A model generated the notes under the pieces. It was not told the DNA's origin and searched no databases. It was given only the letters and a program-made list of their open reading frames with translations. From the NCBI GenBank assembly GCA_030324005.1, contig JARDVH010000031.1, positions 63,942,964-64,006,963 on the forward strand: 64,000 nt of DNA, written 5' to 3'. Origin of the DNA: Negaprion brevirostris. Taxonomy: Eukaryota. Each line of letters opens with the position of its first letter. Positions within the stretch are counted from its first letter, which is position 1. The position numbers were made by a program, and so were the translations under genes. Below are positions 1-12,961 of the stretch, piece by piece.

Positions 1-113
1 GGGCGGGAGTGTGGAACTGAGCCACGGCAGATCAGCCATGATCTTATTGAATGGCAGGGCAGGCTCGAAGGGCTTAATGGCCTACTCCTGCTCCTATTTC
101 TTATGTTCTTATG
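1..113 (+). mobile_element. CR1-type LINE 3' end
   Basis: Typical tail 'gatcagccatgatcttattgaatggcagggcaggctcgaagggc...ggcctactcctgctcc' ending in a ttcttatg repeat; the same tail recurs many times in the window. Confidence 0.75.
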
Positions 114-379
114 AACGGGTAGCTACTGGAAGATGGTTGTGTATAGCTCATATCACTGGACTAGTAATCCAGCTAATGTTCAGCACCATTCATAACTCTC
201 CTCGTATATGTCCCACGAATTAAAAAAACTCAGGCGTTCAATTCTTTTGTCCACGTTTGGACTGAGGGCAGAAGCTACCTCTCCCTAGAACCGAAAACAT
301 TTGAAGATAAGTGGACAAAGGGATTAATCGCCTCCCCCACAAGCCAGTAGTTTCCTTTCACTCGGAGTCAGCTGCCTGC

Positions 380-1480
380 CTCCCGGATGACACATCTCCA
401 CAGGCACTTGGGCACAGGGCTTCCGATGACGCACAGCGGATCGATACCGTCATTTCCGGCGATTGTGCGCGCGCAGACGCTGGGCGGGGGCGCGCATGGG
501 CCCTGTCGCGATGCTGGGCGTTGGTCGCGGAGTCAGTCACTGGCCTCCCGGACTCCAGATCCCGGCATGCACTGTGTCTGCCCCGGGTTTCCGGTGACGC
601 GAAAGCCGATTGGCGCCGTCATTTCCGGCGATTGTGCGCGCTGACGCTGGCGGAAGGCGGTGCGCATGCGCCCTGCACGCGACGCTGGGAGTTGCTCGCC
701 GTGTCGGCTCAATGGCAGCTTCGGCCGCATCGTCGAAATGGTATTTCAGCCGGGAACAGCTGGAGAACACGCCATCCCGGCGATGCGGGATCGACACCGA
801 CAAGGAGCTGTCGTACCGGCAACAGGCCGCCAATCTAGTCCAGGATATGGGCCAGCGGCTCAATGTGTATCCTTCCCCGTGCGGGAGACCAGAAGCGATT
901 TCTAGAAATGTCCGGGGCTTGGGGAGCGGGCCTGGCCTTGTGGGCCAGGCCCGACATGGCGGCGCTTGACCGATCTGAGCCGGCCCGGAGTTGGCAAGGG
1001 AGCCGAGTGGGGGTCCCACAGCCGGGGGAATGGGTGTGTGTTTGAAATGTTAGCGGTTTGGGAGGCCGGGCAGCTCACCGGACCCTTCTCTTTTGTGGTC
1101 GGCTTTTTTGGCGGCACCGCGTTTCCCGGCTTTCTGCATCCCGGGCTTGTGGGCAATGATTTTCTTTTTAAGGCTGGAAGGGGAGTCGTCTCCTGAATGT
1201 AAATCGGTCCGTTTGCTCCCATCTTCGCTCGCTCTTACTTTGGGTGGGGGGAAAAAATCGCGTGGAGAGGCCCGGCAGGATGGATCTGGAACAGGTGGTG
1301 CAACAGGGCACAAAAGACAACATGGCTGCCGGCACCAGACCGGCAATCATCATGGTCATGGCGCCACGCTTTAAAGCCACACAACCTGATGGATCAGAGG
1401 ACAACATCCACACGGTTTCCAATCTGTCTATCTTTGCAGTCTCGCTGCTGATGCAGAGTTTAAAGCGGGGATCCGTGTAG
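380..1480 (+). promoter_or_regulatory. CpG island / CCNT2 promoter with ETS, NRF1, CCAAT and GC-box-like motifs
   Basis: GC- and CpG-rich block in an AT-rich background spanning exon 1. ATTTCCGG (ETS) at 452-459 and 621-628, TGCGCATGCGC (NRF1) at 661-671, GATTGG (reverse CCAAT) at 608-613, GGGCGGGG at 482-489. Confidence 0.8.
712..866 (+). CDS. CCNT2: Cyclin T2 coding exon 1
   Basis: [51 protein letters not shown](V), the cyclin T N-terminus; ends at donor GTATCCTT. Confidence 0.96.
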
Positions 1481-3365
1481 ATTTTTACCATGAAGATTAT
1501 AATCCTATCTGTTGCGAGGAGGGGAATAATTAGTTTCTGGGACGTTTAGATGTGAAGATGTTATCCAATCTCAGTTAATGGTTCAAATGACGCCTTCAAG
1601 ATAATTTATGCTTGGCTATTTGAGTTGCTAACTCGAATCTGCCGAACGGTTTAATACTTTTGTTGTCATTTTGTGTGTAACCTGGATTATGAAGGAACAC
1701 TGGGGTTGTAAGAAGACTTTAAGGACGTATGTAACATAATTTTAGGTTTTTTTATGAATTAGAAGGCATTTATCAGAACAGGAAAAATGTTCTAATTGTA
1801 TGAATAGTCCATCCCTGATTCTTGTACCACTATTGTGGCACAGCGGTTAACACTGCTGCCTCAAAGTNNNNNNNNNNNNNNNNNNNNNNNNNNNNNNNNN
1901 NNNNNNNNNNNNNNNNNNNNNNNNNNNNNNNNNNNNNNNNNNNNNNNNNNNNNNNNNNNNNNNNNNNNNNNNNNNNNNNNNNNNNNNNNNNNNNNNNNNN
2001 NNNNNNNNNNNNNNNNNNNNNNNNNNNNNNNNNNNNNNNNNNNNNNNNNNNNNNNNNNNNNNNNNNNNNNNNNNNNNNNNNNNNNNNNNNNNNNNNNNNN
2101 NNNTTGCTGACCTGAGTGAAACTATTTTTGCCTCAGATATAGTTTGAGATGAGTTGGAATCATAGAACTATATAGCTTTTACTAGCTCTTTGATAAAGTT
2201 ATCCAATTAATCCTGTTCCTTTGTTGTGTTCCCCATTGTTAGGGAAAGCATGAACCATGCTGCTGTTAATGATGTAGTCTATGACAAATGTGATTCCTAT
2301 ATATTAATTTGGATAATCCATAATATTGGGTGAAGCAATCTGGGTAAGTAGAGGTTACTGGCAGGATCTGTTTTTTAAAGCAGCATATTATAGTAAATTT
2401 AAATATGTAATTATGGCAAGGATTTTGGTAACCAATATGAGCAGCCAGTCAGGTCGAAACGGATTGGAATTTGTAGCGTAGCTTCTCGAAAATTTTGAAG
2501 ACTATTGTATTTGTGACCCTTTTATAACAGGGCTAGAATTTATTTATCTGCATAATAACTTTTGCATTGATTTTGAACCTTTGAGCTAAATTGCCTATTT
2601 CCAAGATTGAATACTTAAATTAGTTTCCCATTCCTGCCTCAACGCAGTGCTGTGGGAATAATTGAAGGTGTACAGATTGTGTGGGTCTATTTTACCCTCG
2701 TGTATCCTTATTGCTGTACAATTGCATTATATTTTTAAAATTCATGCATTTGGATTCTGTAATTACTGCTATCGAGCCATATTGCACAAGCACAGTTCCT
2801 TTTTAGTTGATTTCTGTCCAGTCCAAAGACAGATTCTTTCATATGAAGACTCTTCATAGCTGTGTATTGCTGAACAGTCCACAGCTAAGATTGATTTGCC
2901 ATATTCTATGCAGTGGTCAGTTTCTACAGTAGTTTATTTTAGTGTTACTGAACTTCAGTTATACATATTGAAATTATACTGGGGGGGTGATGTCTTAGTT
3001 GATCTATAGTGGTAATAAGCCGTGGATAACGAAGGAGGTGAAGGAAAGTGTTACATTAAAAGCGGAGGCATTTAGAGTAGCTAAGAGTAGTGGGCGAGAA
3101 GAGGATTGGGAGAGGTTTAAATGTCAACAAANNNNNNNNNNNNNNNNNNNNNNNNNNNNNNNNNNNNNNNNNNNNNNNNNNNNNNNNNNNNNNNNNNNNN
3201 NNNNNNNNNNNNNNNNNNNNNNNNNNNNNNNNNNNNNNNNNNNNNNNNNNNNNNNNNNNNNNNNNNNNNNNNNNNNNNNNNNNNNNNNNNNNNNNNNNNN
3301 NNNNNNNGTTCTAACATGCTTTCTTAATGTCTCTAGGGTACGCTTTCCTTGACGTATATATTTAG
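867..3365 (+). other. U12-type (minor spliceosome) GT-AG intron 1 of CCNT2
   Basis: 5' splice site GTATCCTT (867-874); branch sequence TTTCCTTGAC (3344-3353) 12 nt before the end of the intron; no polypyrimidine tract. Confidence 0.92.
3008..3131 (+). mobile_element. CR1 LINE ORF2 fragment running into a gap
   Basis: Translates as NKPWITKEVKESVTLKAEAFRVAKSSGREEDWERFK, the PW..KE.K...K...EDWE tether region of CR1 ORF2. Confidence 0.7.
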
Positions 3366-3447
3366 CTCTCAATTGACCATCAACACTGCAATTGTTTATA
3401 TGCACAGATTTTATATGCAACATTCTTTCACAAGGTTTCATAGAAAT
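3366..3447 (+). CDS. CCNT2: Cyclin T2 exon 2 (82 nt)
   Basis: SQLTINTAIVYMHRFYMQHSFTRFHRN; ttag acceptor, gtaagt donor; phase matches exon 1. Confidence 0.96.
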
Positions 3448-6400
3448 GTAAGTGTTTTTATTTTTTACTGCCTTGCAGAATTTGATTGACTAATTGTAGG
3501 CCTGATATTGGAGGACCAAGTGAAAACTGAAATTTTAAGCCATTTCAGATTAATTACAGTTTGATTTGCAATTAAGACTTTGATTTTGGAATTTTTGTTT
3601 TAGAATATTAGAATTTGGAGTTATCTAGCAAGAATAATATATCGTCTGGTATTCTCATGGGATATAGTTTATGCAGAACAAAATGGTTTTGTTGTGATTA
3701 TAGTGTACATTAGTGTTTCCCAACCTTCTCCTGCGGTGACTCCATTTTAATGCTTGAAAATTAGTGCAACCACAATGTGAAATGAGTTAAGGTCAGGGCA
3801 AGAAGGGATGAGTCAGTGATTTAATCCACAACCATTTTGAAGATTCTTGTGTAAAGGAGCCTCAGCATTGATCTCAGGGTAGTCCTGCCAGATTCACAGT
3901 TTGACAGTCACCTTTGCTGTTTTAGGGTTTGTGACCCCTAACCCATGGCTTGGGAACTTTTAATGTACGCTTCATTTATTAATTAAGTTTGTTACAAGTA
4001 TGGTATGTAAGTAAACTGTGGTTTCGGCAATAAAGAACTACCTAGCTTTTGAAAGTGTTTAATTTTCCACATTTTTGCAAGCAGAGGACAAAACATTAAA
4101 ACTCGACAAAATTGAGTTAATTCCTGAGTTTGAAGCCCCTTGTGAAATCATAGCTTACAGAATTAAGACTAGTTTGTGGATGAATGAATGCTTTCAGATG
4201 AACAGCATGTGCCAATTGCACAGTGCATCCACAAGCAAAAGCTACTTACACAAGCTTTTTGCAAGTTGCTGCCACCAAACACCCACATATGTTTTTGTTT
4301 TTTTAGTAATATTAATTTATTCTTTTAGCTTATGGTCATGTAATATGTGTTTTCATCCTGTGGATTAATAGCGCTGTGAGTTCACACATCCTGGTTGCTG
4401 CCAAAAGCACTCTGAAGCATTTCCTACATTTAGTGTAATTTTGTGTAAAGATTGATGTCATATTTGTGATGCATTCTGGGCTTTTGATTAGCTGGAAAGC
4501 TTATCTTTCAAATTAACAGACAACCAGAAGAACAATAAAAATAGTTCGTTTCAAAAATAGAATAGGCAAAAACAATTAAGATACAAGGGAGGAGGACCGT
4601 GCAGGGGGGGTACAAATTTGTTTTCAATTTTTTCAAAAGTGTAATTGCATTTTAAACACTTTGTTTCAAGAAGCTGCATGCCAGTAACTAATTTGAGTAC
4701 AAGAGTTACTAATTCTTTAATGATTTGATTTTTGAAGCACTGAGACATTTCAATGTGGTGGTGTTATACAAGTCTTCATCCCATTTTATTTGGCCTCCAT
4801 CAAAGTACATGTCTCTGCCATTAGACTTGAAGTCGTTTGAAGATTGGAGCTTTGTTGATCAGATGACCTTCCTTTCCACATTGTACATGAAGAATCTGTC
4901 TGAACCACAGCATGCTGATTTTTCTCCAGTTGTCAATGACGACTCTTTTATGCGCAGGGTGAAATTGATCTGTTTTGTGCTTGTAGCATTTAAGTTGTTT
5001 GAGTCTTCAAAGAGTGTTCAAGTTTTAGAATATTTTTGTAGTAAATATTTCTAGGTAAATCATCATGCTTTATTTTCATGTTCAAAGCTGATTGATCAAG
5101 GTGGATTAAATTTTACCCCTGCTTGACACCTGCATTCAAGATCTGCAATCTTTGTGGATCTACCCTGGGATTTTGGTAACATCTGCATTTCAATCAATGC
5201 AATGTGATTTCCAGAGTAGTGCAACCTGTTGTAAACTTGACAGGATATGAATCTGCCAGATCTTCCAGATCTGCTGGGAGGAAATCCATCGGATCAGAAT
5301 GGCTTTCCTTGATACTTTTATGAAGACATGACATTGAATTTCAGTTCACTGAAGAAGTTTGCCGTCAGCAAGAAATAATTTATGGTCAAACACAGTTCTC
5401 AATGTAAACCGCTCAAGTCTCACTCTTTACTGACTCGTTTGCTGGAAATTAGACTATATTCATGTTCTTATATTTCTGTGACCAGGTTACTCAACCTCTA
5501 GGATCTGTTGCCACCTGGCGCAAAAGGAAAATGAATGCATTGGAGTCAGTGATTGACGGCACAACTCAGTAGATCCAGATGTTTCCATACATTCTGTAGT
5601 AATTGACTGTCTTTGTCTTTAAGTTAATGATGCAAATGGCTAATATGTTTGTCTCTGGAAATGTCCTTTAAAGTTGCAAAAAATGAGGTGCTTCACTTTA
5701 TATACTGATCGCTCATCATAGTTGGTTTACCTGTAATGCTTTTTTATTTGATCTAAGTCCCAGAGAAATCTGCCAAAGTAGATATTCTGTCATGGCTTTT
5801 GTGGAACTTGCTGCATTGCACATGGTTTAATTCCAATACTTTTGTGGACATCTGCCATAATGGTTTGTGAAAACCTGAGTGATGCAAAGGGCTGGCAAAC
5901 AGTCCAAAATCCCTTACTGTGTGAAGAGGCTCCTTTATTCAACTGTGCTGGATTTTTTGTGGCAGTTCATCTTCTGGTTATGTATTGTAATTCATCATTG
6001 CAAGGCGACTTTATACTTTCCCAGTGAGAGTTGGAAGAGCTGCACAATTGCAGTACACGTTTCTGCTCAAAGAACATCTTAAATGGGATTGATATCTTGC
6101 ATTTCCGAACCTCCCTCAAGGTTTGAAGCAGTAACTTTCTCAGGCCAGTACTGCCATGAAACCTTTGGTCATGGTGTTGATGAGCAAACGTTCTGTTGTT
6201 TCCGAAAAACTGTTTTTGATATTACTGGAACTATTTTACACACTGGTGCTGTGATGCAGAAATCATGGAGGTAGCTAATCCCATTGGAGAAGGTGGTCTT
6301 GCGAAAAAAAAAAAGCATTGAACAGATTGTGGCTGCACATGGCCTTTATCAACCAGAATGACCTCAAAAGATGAACTGCTCATGTGCAAGGAGCAAGAAC

Positions 6401-7269
6401 ACAAATCTATGCTCAACCACATTCTTGGCACAAAGTAGACTTGAGCTCCGCTCTTCATTAGCTGTATTCTCCAATGATCAAGTCGGCAACATACTAGGCA
6501 TAGTCTGTATAGGTGATGCCGCCTAATGAGGTATGCAAACAAGCGGGATGTGACTTATTCCTGACTTTTGTCTCGATACCATGCAGATATGGCATTTGTG
6601 TCACAACTTCAGTCCTTTCTGCTCAACAGCTTGCAGGCATGCAGAATATCGCAATGGAGGCTCTGAGGAGGGACAGTTCGGCTGCACCAACAGACATACT
6701 AACAGGAGACAGCTCAGCTCTTTGACAGGTGGGGTTTTCCAGCAAGGGATATTAATTACTACATTTCAGACTAGAAATTGACTTTTGTTGCAGGCATGGA
6801 GGGTTCGCATTTAAAATTTGGCAACCTCATTTGACTTTAACACTCTACTCAAGATCTATCATGTATGGAGAAGAGTAAAAGCGGTATCTTGAAATCCCAT
6901 ACTGGCCATGAAGTCCTTGGATGTGGCTGATTGCTTGAACGTAACAGCTCACATACATAAGAGACAAAACTAAATATGGCATTGTTCTTTGTGCCAATCT
7001 TGAGACTTGGCCTTGAAGGCCAGCTTCATGGCAAGATGTTCTTAAGTGTTGGATACCATTTAACCATTGAAAACTTCTGTTTCAAAGATCTACCAAATCA
7101 AAATGGTTGGATTTTGGAAATGCGGATGAAATGTTTGGATTCTAACTACAATCCAAGTTTCCTGAGGATCAGGTACTTAGTTCATTAGGATATTTGCATT
7201 AACAGACAAACGTGGCAGATTTTCAGCCTCAACAAAATATTTCCATTCCTGTTCTTCTCACAATGGTGG

Positions 7270-7835
7270 TTAAAATGGACTTGGCTTGGTGAGACTGCAC
7301 CTGGAATATCTTGTACAGTTTTATTTTCCTTATCTAGGGAAGAATGTAATTGTCATAGAGAGTGTTATGGAGGTTCACCAGATTAACATCTGAGATGGCT
7401 GTATTGTATAATGGAGTGAATGGGAAAGCTGGGGCCTGTATTCTTTGGAATTGCAAAGAATGAGAAGTGATCTCTTTGAAACTTACAAAATATTTAGAGG
7501 GTGTGACATTGTGGATGTGGATAGGATATTTCCCCTGGCNNNNNNNNNNNAACCAGGAACATCGCTTCCAAAGAGGCAGGCTATTTAAGACTAACATGAA
7601 GAGGAATTTCTTCACCTGTAGGGTGGTGAATCTTTGGAATTGTGTACCCCAGGGGGCTGTGGAAGCTCAATCATTTGAGCATGTTTAAAAACAAATTGAT
7701 AGATTTCTGGATGCAAATGACATTGAGGAAATGGGAGTAGTGGGAGAAATGGCATAAACGCAGATGATCAGCCATGACCTATTTGAATGGAGGAGCAAGC
7801 TTGATGGGCCAAATGGCCTATTCCTCTTATGTTCC
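7270..7835 (+). mobile_element. Degenerate CR1 LINE 3' fragment
   Basis: RT C-terminal remnants (…KRNFFTCRVVNLWN…) followed by the gatcagccatga…ggcctattcctcttatgttc tail. Confidence 0.7.
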
Positions 7836-7974
7836 AACTTTGAAGGTAACTTTTTCAACTTGGACTTTTATTGATAAGTAACTGGTGGTTCAGAAGGCAG
7901 CACTTATGCACAGTGGCTGGGATGTAGGGTGACTTCCTTATTAAGATGACTCTTCATGCTAAATCCTGATCCAA

Positions 7975-8200
7975 AGAATATATTATATTATACGCTGTCA
8001 CTTCCTTGGGATGTCTCAGTGCTTCACAGCTGTCATTGTAAGCAAGTGTGACAGCCCATGAATGCATGCAAGGTCATACAAACTGCAAATGAGATAAATG
8101 AATAACTGATTTTTGCTTTTATGTCCTTTATGAGTGAGCAGTATTGGCCAAGGCATCAGGAGAGTTCTGCTTTTTGAATAGCAGGATCTTTGGTGCTCTG
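7975..8200 (-). mobile_element. Ancient Deu-domain SINE (SacSINE1/AmnSINE-like) remnant
   Basis: Resembles the copies at 26150-26520 and 62550-63185 ('gatgtc..aa.gcttcaca…aatgagataaatga…attggccaagg…gaga..tctgct..tt.gaatag'); family assignment from memory. Confidence 0.4.
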
Positions 8201-8734
8201 GCCAGTATTTGTGAACTTAAATTAAAGTTCTACCTGTCAGAACTGTACTTGAGGCCTCAGTGTAAAATCTTGTCTGAAAACCGTACTTCGTCATGCTGTA
8301 GGAAATTATTGGGACCTCTGTTAATTTAGTGTTCAAATTTCTACTGTTGCCTGCTTTATAAGATTGTTGCACTTGTGGAGATTTTCTTTTCATCTGAACT
8401 TAATTACGATACACCAACATACAGCTGTTCTGTTTAGAATAGGAGCTAATAAGTTTATTAGATATAGTAATTCACTATTGAAGCATAATATAAAAAAAGC
8501 AACATGAATGGAAGCTGTAAATGCATAAAACATGTTTTTCCTCTTCAGTAAACAAAGCATATTGTGCGTAAGAATTATGAATGCAAGAAAGCACAGCGCT
8601 AGAAATAGGTTTCTCCTTTTGTACCTTGAGATTTTTATTAACACCATGTGCTATACCATTTTATATTAGCTCTGGGATTCTGTTTATTAAAGCTTTTTAA
8701 TTTGGTGTGGTGAGTTAGATATTTCTTGAGCTAT

Positions 8735-9080
8735 AAGAAAAACCATAAGAGATGGGCAGAAGTAGGCCATTTGGCCCACTGAGTCTGCTCCACTACTCAG
8801 TGAGATCATAGCTGATATATAATCCTCAACTCCCCTATCCTGCCTTATCCTTATAACCCTAGATTCCCTTACTGATTAAAAATCTGTCTATCCCAGCCTC
8901 TTCTGTGTTAAAGAATCCCATAGATTCTGTACCCTCTTGAGTGAATAAATTCTTCCTCATCTGTTGTAAATGGCTGACCCTTATTCTAAGATTGTCCTCT
9001 GGTCCTAGGCTCTCCATAAGAAAAAACACCCTTTCAATAGCTACCCTGTCAACCTTCTCGAGAATCCTATATGTTTCAAA
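8735..9080 (-). mobile_element. CR1 LINE 3' fragment
   Basis: Reverse-complement tail 'cataagagat…gcagaagtaggccatttggccc'; minus-strand ORF …FETYRILEKVDRVAIERVF…. Confidence 0.7.
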
Positions 9081-10422
9081 GTCAGAAATAATTTCAGAAG
9101 TTGATTTAACAGGAGAAGCTAGGGCAAATATATACATATACAAATGCTATGGCTGAAATGCATCACTGGGTATATAAAGCTTGGTTTGTGTATTAGTGCA
9201 AACTTGAGGGGGACTTTTCCAGACTATGGTACACTAATTTTGACCACAACCATAGTAATTTTGTCTGGAATAAGCTCAATGATCACTTAAGACTGAACAA
9301 AGATCATGGACACTAATACAAATCTGGTTTTAGATGATGGGTTGATGTTTATGGGGGAAAGAACATAGGTAAATCTCATAAATAAACATGATTGTAGGTG
9401 CTTCTTGGATTTTCTATTTCAGGGTAGACCAAGGCAATCTCAAACTTAATTGTGGTTTCTTGTGATGACATCCCCAATGAAGATACATGCTGGATGTGCA
9501 TGTTAATTAATTGACGTTCACAGCTTGCATATCTNNNNNNNNNNNNNNNNNNNNNNNNNNNNNNNNNNNNNNNNNNNNNNNNNNNNNNNNNNNNNNNNNN
9601 NNNNNNNNNNNNNNNNNNNNNNNNNNNNNNNNNATCACATTCTCCTCTGAAGTAAAACTTCCAGCTTATTCCTTGCATTATCTGAACTTGCATGAGGATT
9701 TAAAGTGTATCGATGCCACTGGAATGACGATTTTTAAATTAACTTGCGTACATGGGTAAGTGTTCTGAACTTCATGTACATACTAATACCGATGCTTGCC
9801 TTTCTAAACAATGCAATGGACAGCAGATTCGTTTTATGTAGTAAGTTTGTTTTAGCTACTATCACAAATTAATGAACTTTCAAAGATAATCAGCATGTGT
9901 CCACAATGCTGCCATTTGATGAAGCAAAATTAAATTCATTCAAATGGATTTTCACTGAGACAATATTTTGTGTAATATGGTAGTGACAGGTGATACAGAA
10001 TAGAAATGCAAAAGTTGTATCGGTTGAATACTGATTAGAATCCTCAATTCTCATGACACAAAAATGTGGATATTGAAATACTGTACAGCCTTGCTTGCCT
10101 ATAATTTAATGGTATTTGAAATTTATGCTCCAAGACAATATGGTTCATTTGCTTTTAAATAGCACTAAGGGCTTCATATTGAAAGATAGTAAGTTGATAA
10201 ACTAGTCTGGATGAAAACAAATACCATGTTGTGTTATCTGGAATTTGGGAGCAATGCTATTGAATTTTGATTTAAGAGCAGTAACATTTTAAACATTTTT
10301 GATTTAAGTATAGTCATGCTTAGTTCATTAACAAGTAATGACACGGCATCAAAATTTTGCTAAGGTTTTTTGCTAAATGCAAATGTTTGTTCAGGCATTT
10401 AACATTTGAAAATTCTTAACAG

Positions 10423-10551
10423 GTAATTTCCCCAGCTGCTTTGTTCTTGGCTGCAAAAGTAGAGGAACAGCCTCGTAAACTTGAGCATGTCATAAAGGTG
10501 GTACATGCCTGCTTGAATCCTCAAGAACAGCCACTAGATGTTAAGAGTGAT
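10423..10551 (+). CDS. CCNT2: Cyclin T2 exon 3 (129 nt)
   Basis: [43 protein letters not shown] (cyclin box LAAKVEE); cag acceptor, gtaagt donor. Confidence 0.97.
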
Positions 10552-10864
10552 GTAAGTTGTAAATAATATAGCAAAGTGACATTTTGGTTAAACATAAGCC
10601 TTTTTCATTAAAAATCCGATGTTTTAAGTGTTATTTGATCTGCATTTTTTATTTTGTAAGTTAAAAATAGCTTTGCTAATAATTTTGAGTACAAATTGCC
10701 ATAGCTATCATTTAATGAACTCTAGCACTAACTTTGCAAAACCAACTATTTTCGCTACTTGTGCAGAAGTGAATTTGGCGGATAATATTTACAAGGGGTG
10801 AGATTGGCTTGCTTTGGATTCCACTGTATAAATTAGTTCCTAATACATATTCTTTAAACTGCAG

Positions 10865-10925
10865 GCATATCTTCAACAGGCCCAAGACCTGGTCATACTT
10901 GAAAGTATAATACTGCAAACCTTGG
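10865..10925 (+). CDS. CCNT2: Cyclin T2 exon 4 (61 nt)
   Basis: AYLQQAQDLVILESIILQTL(G); cag acceptor, gtaagt donor. Confidence 0.96.
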
Positions 10926-11634
10926 GTAAGTTGGAATAAGGACTCGATTACAGTAACATACCATGTTTTGAAGAGAAAAGCGTTGATTTCACTGGTGCTA
11001 GGGTAATGTAGACTAATCTTTTGAAATGCTCTACGCCGTGCATACATTCTTAGTCTTTGAGTTTTGCATGTTGTTTCCTGTCTGCTAGCGTCCATTGCAA
11101 GTTAGATGTCATTCAATAATAGTTTCTGCACTGAGGCTTTTTTTGGTTCTTGGTTTGTTGATGACTCTTAAGAGTTGTGTTATTTTGCCCATCTATCCTT
11201 GCCCTCCAAGGGTGGTCACAATTTTTGTGACAGTGCTTCCATTGTGGTGTTGGAATTCAGAATTTGGCTCAGAGGATGAAAGAATGACATATCATCAAGT
11301 CAGGGTGATGTGTGATTTGAGGCCCTGACCTACAGCTGTTGTGCTTGTCGATGGAGGGTCAATGAGCTTGTTGCTGTCATAGTAAGTTCTTGTAGGGCAT
11401 ATATTGTCAACGTGGGAATTTTGGTATTTTTTTCCTGTGGTCTTGCAGATTAAATTATTTGTTTCATTCCCAACATGTTTAATTATCCTTGGTTAACTTT
11501 TCAGAACCTAATGAATGACTTTGAAACTAAAGCATAAATACTTCAGTGTTTAGTTTTAAGGGATGTGTCAGGAAACTAAAGCTTTTTGCCATCAGAATAG
11601 GAATTGTCAATAATATAGAGGTGGAGGAAATTGG

Positions 11635-11740
11635 GTACTGGAAAACTCAGCAGGTCTGACTGCATCTGCAAAGAAGTCATGTTTAACACACTTTTGTCTC
11701 TAGAGATGCAGACAGACCTGGGTTTTTCCAGCATCTGTAG
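11635..11740. repeat. Short palindromic repeat element (same family as 39836-40040)
   Basis: 'ctggaaaactcagcaggtctgactgcatct' … 'agatgcagacagacctgggtttttccag', imperfect inverted arms. Confidence 0.6.
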
Positions 11741-12961
11741 TTTTTAGCTTTTATTACAGGATTGGGAAGAAATTTATTGTTCTGTTGGTAGCAAAATTTT
11801 GCAGCAGTGTTCACTTAACGGGAGGTGAAATAATGTACTGTTCTACGCCAAGAGTGTCAGACCATGCAGCACACTATTCTGGTGAAGTACAGTTGTTTAC
11901 TGATCTATTTAATTATTTCATTAGGGCCACTTAATTTAATTAGTGACCCTTAAATCAACTAGAAGGAAATTTGAAAATTTACAGATACTTGTAATTTTCT
12001 TGTTGCAAGTTGGAAGATATCAGCATGAATTGGAAATTATGTTTTTTCCTTTATTATTTCCGGCACTTAAAAGAGCCTTCATCTCTCTCTCCTTTTCTTA
12101 ATTTCTTCTTTGTTTTTGATATTGTTGCTGGGAAGACAATCTTCAGTTGGAAACTGCACCTCTGGATATAGCCTTGTTTGCTTCCAACCCTTCACACTGT
12201 CTTGCCTTCCATCAAGCTTATTGCAACCTGCACTATTTACTGGGGAAATTTCACAGTAACTTCGTTGAAGTGTTAATGTAAGCCTTACTTGTGACTAAAA
12301 CTTTTTTTAACTGTGATTAGCCCCTAAACCTACCACCCCATTTCAATATGGGCTTCCTTTTGGAAGTTCAGATTCACATATTGCAAGACACTGCTTCCCA
12401 TCCCAATTTCTTCTGACAGTNNNNNNNNNNNNNNNNNNNNNNNNNNNNNNNNNNNNNNNNNNNNNNNNNNNNNNNNNNNNNNNNNNNNNNNNNNNNNNNN
12501 NNNNNNNNNNNNNNNNNNNNNNNNNNNNNNNNNNNNNNNNNNNNNNNNNNNNNNNNNNNNNNNNNNNNNNNNNNNNNNNNNNNNNNNNNNNNNNNNNNNN
12601 NNNNNNNNNNNNNNNNNNNNNNNNNNNNNNNNNNNNNNNNNNNNNNNNNNNNNNNNNNNNNNNNNNNNNNNNNNNNNNNNNNNNNNNNNNNNNNNNNNNN
12701 NNNNNNNNNNNNNNNNNNNNNNNNNNNNNNNNNNNNNNNNNNNNNNNNNNNNNNNNNNNNNNNNNNNNNNNNNNNNNNNNNNNNNNNNNNNNNNNNNNNN
12801 NNNNNNNNNNNNNNNNNNNNNNNNNNNNNNNNNNNNNNNNNNNNAGATGAAAGATACTGGCTGTCACTGTATTACTGTGAAAACTCTATTGTCTCTGCTC
12901 ACTTTCTTCCTTCACACTATTCGTTCTGGTACTTTTCATTTCAGTACACTTCATTTATTTC

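Noticed and set aside
311-1491. Many overlapping ORFs (up to 175 aa) on both strands
   Set aside because: Expected in a GC-rich CpG island with few stop codons; only 712-866 matches a known protein.
1822-2115. ORFs spanning N runs (also 12343-12867, 43040-43792 and others)
   Set aside because: Artefacts of assembly gaps translated as X.
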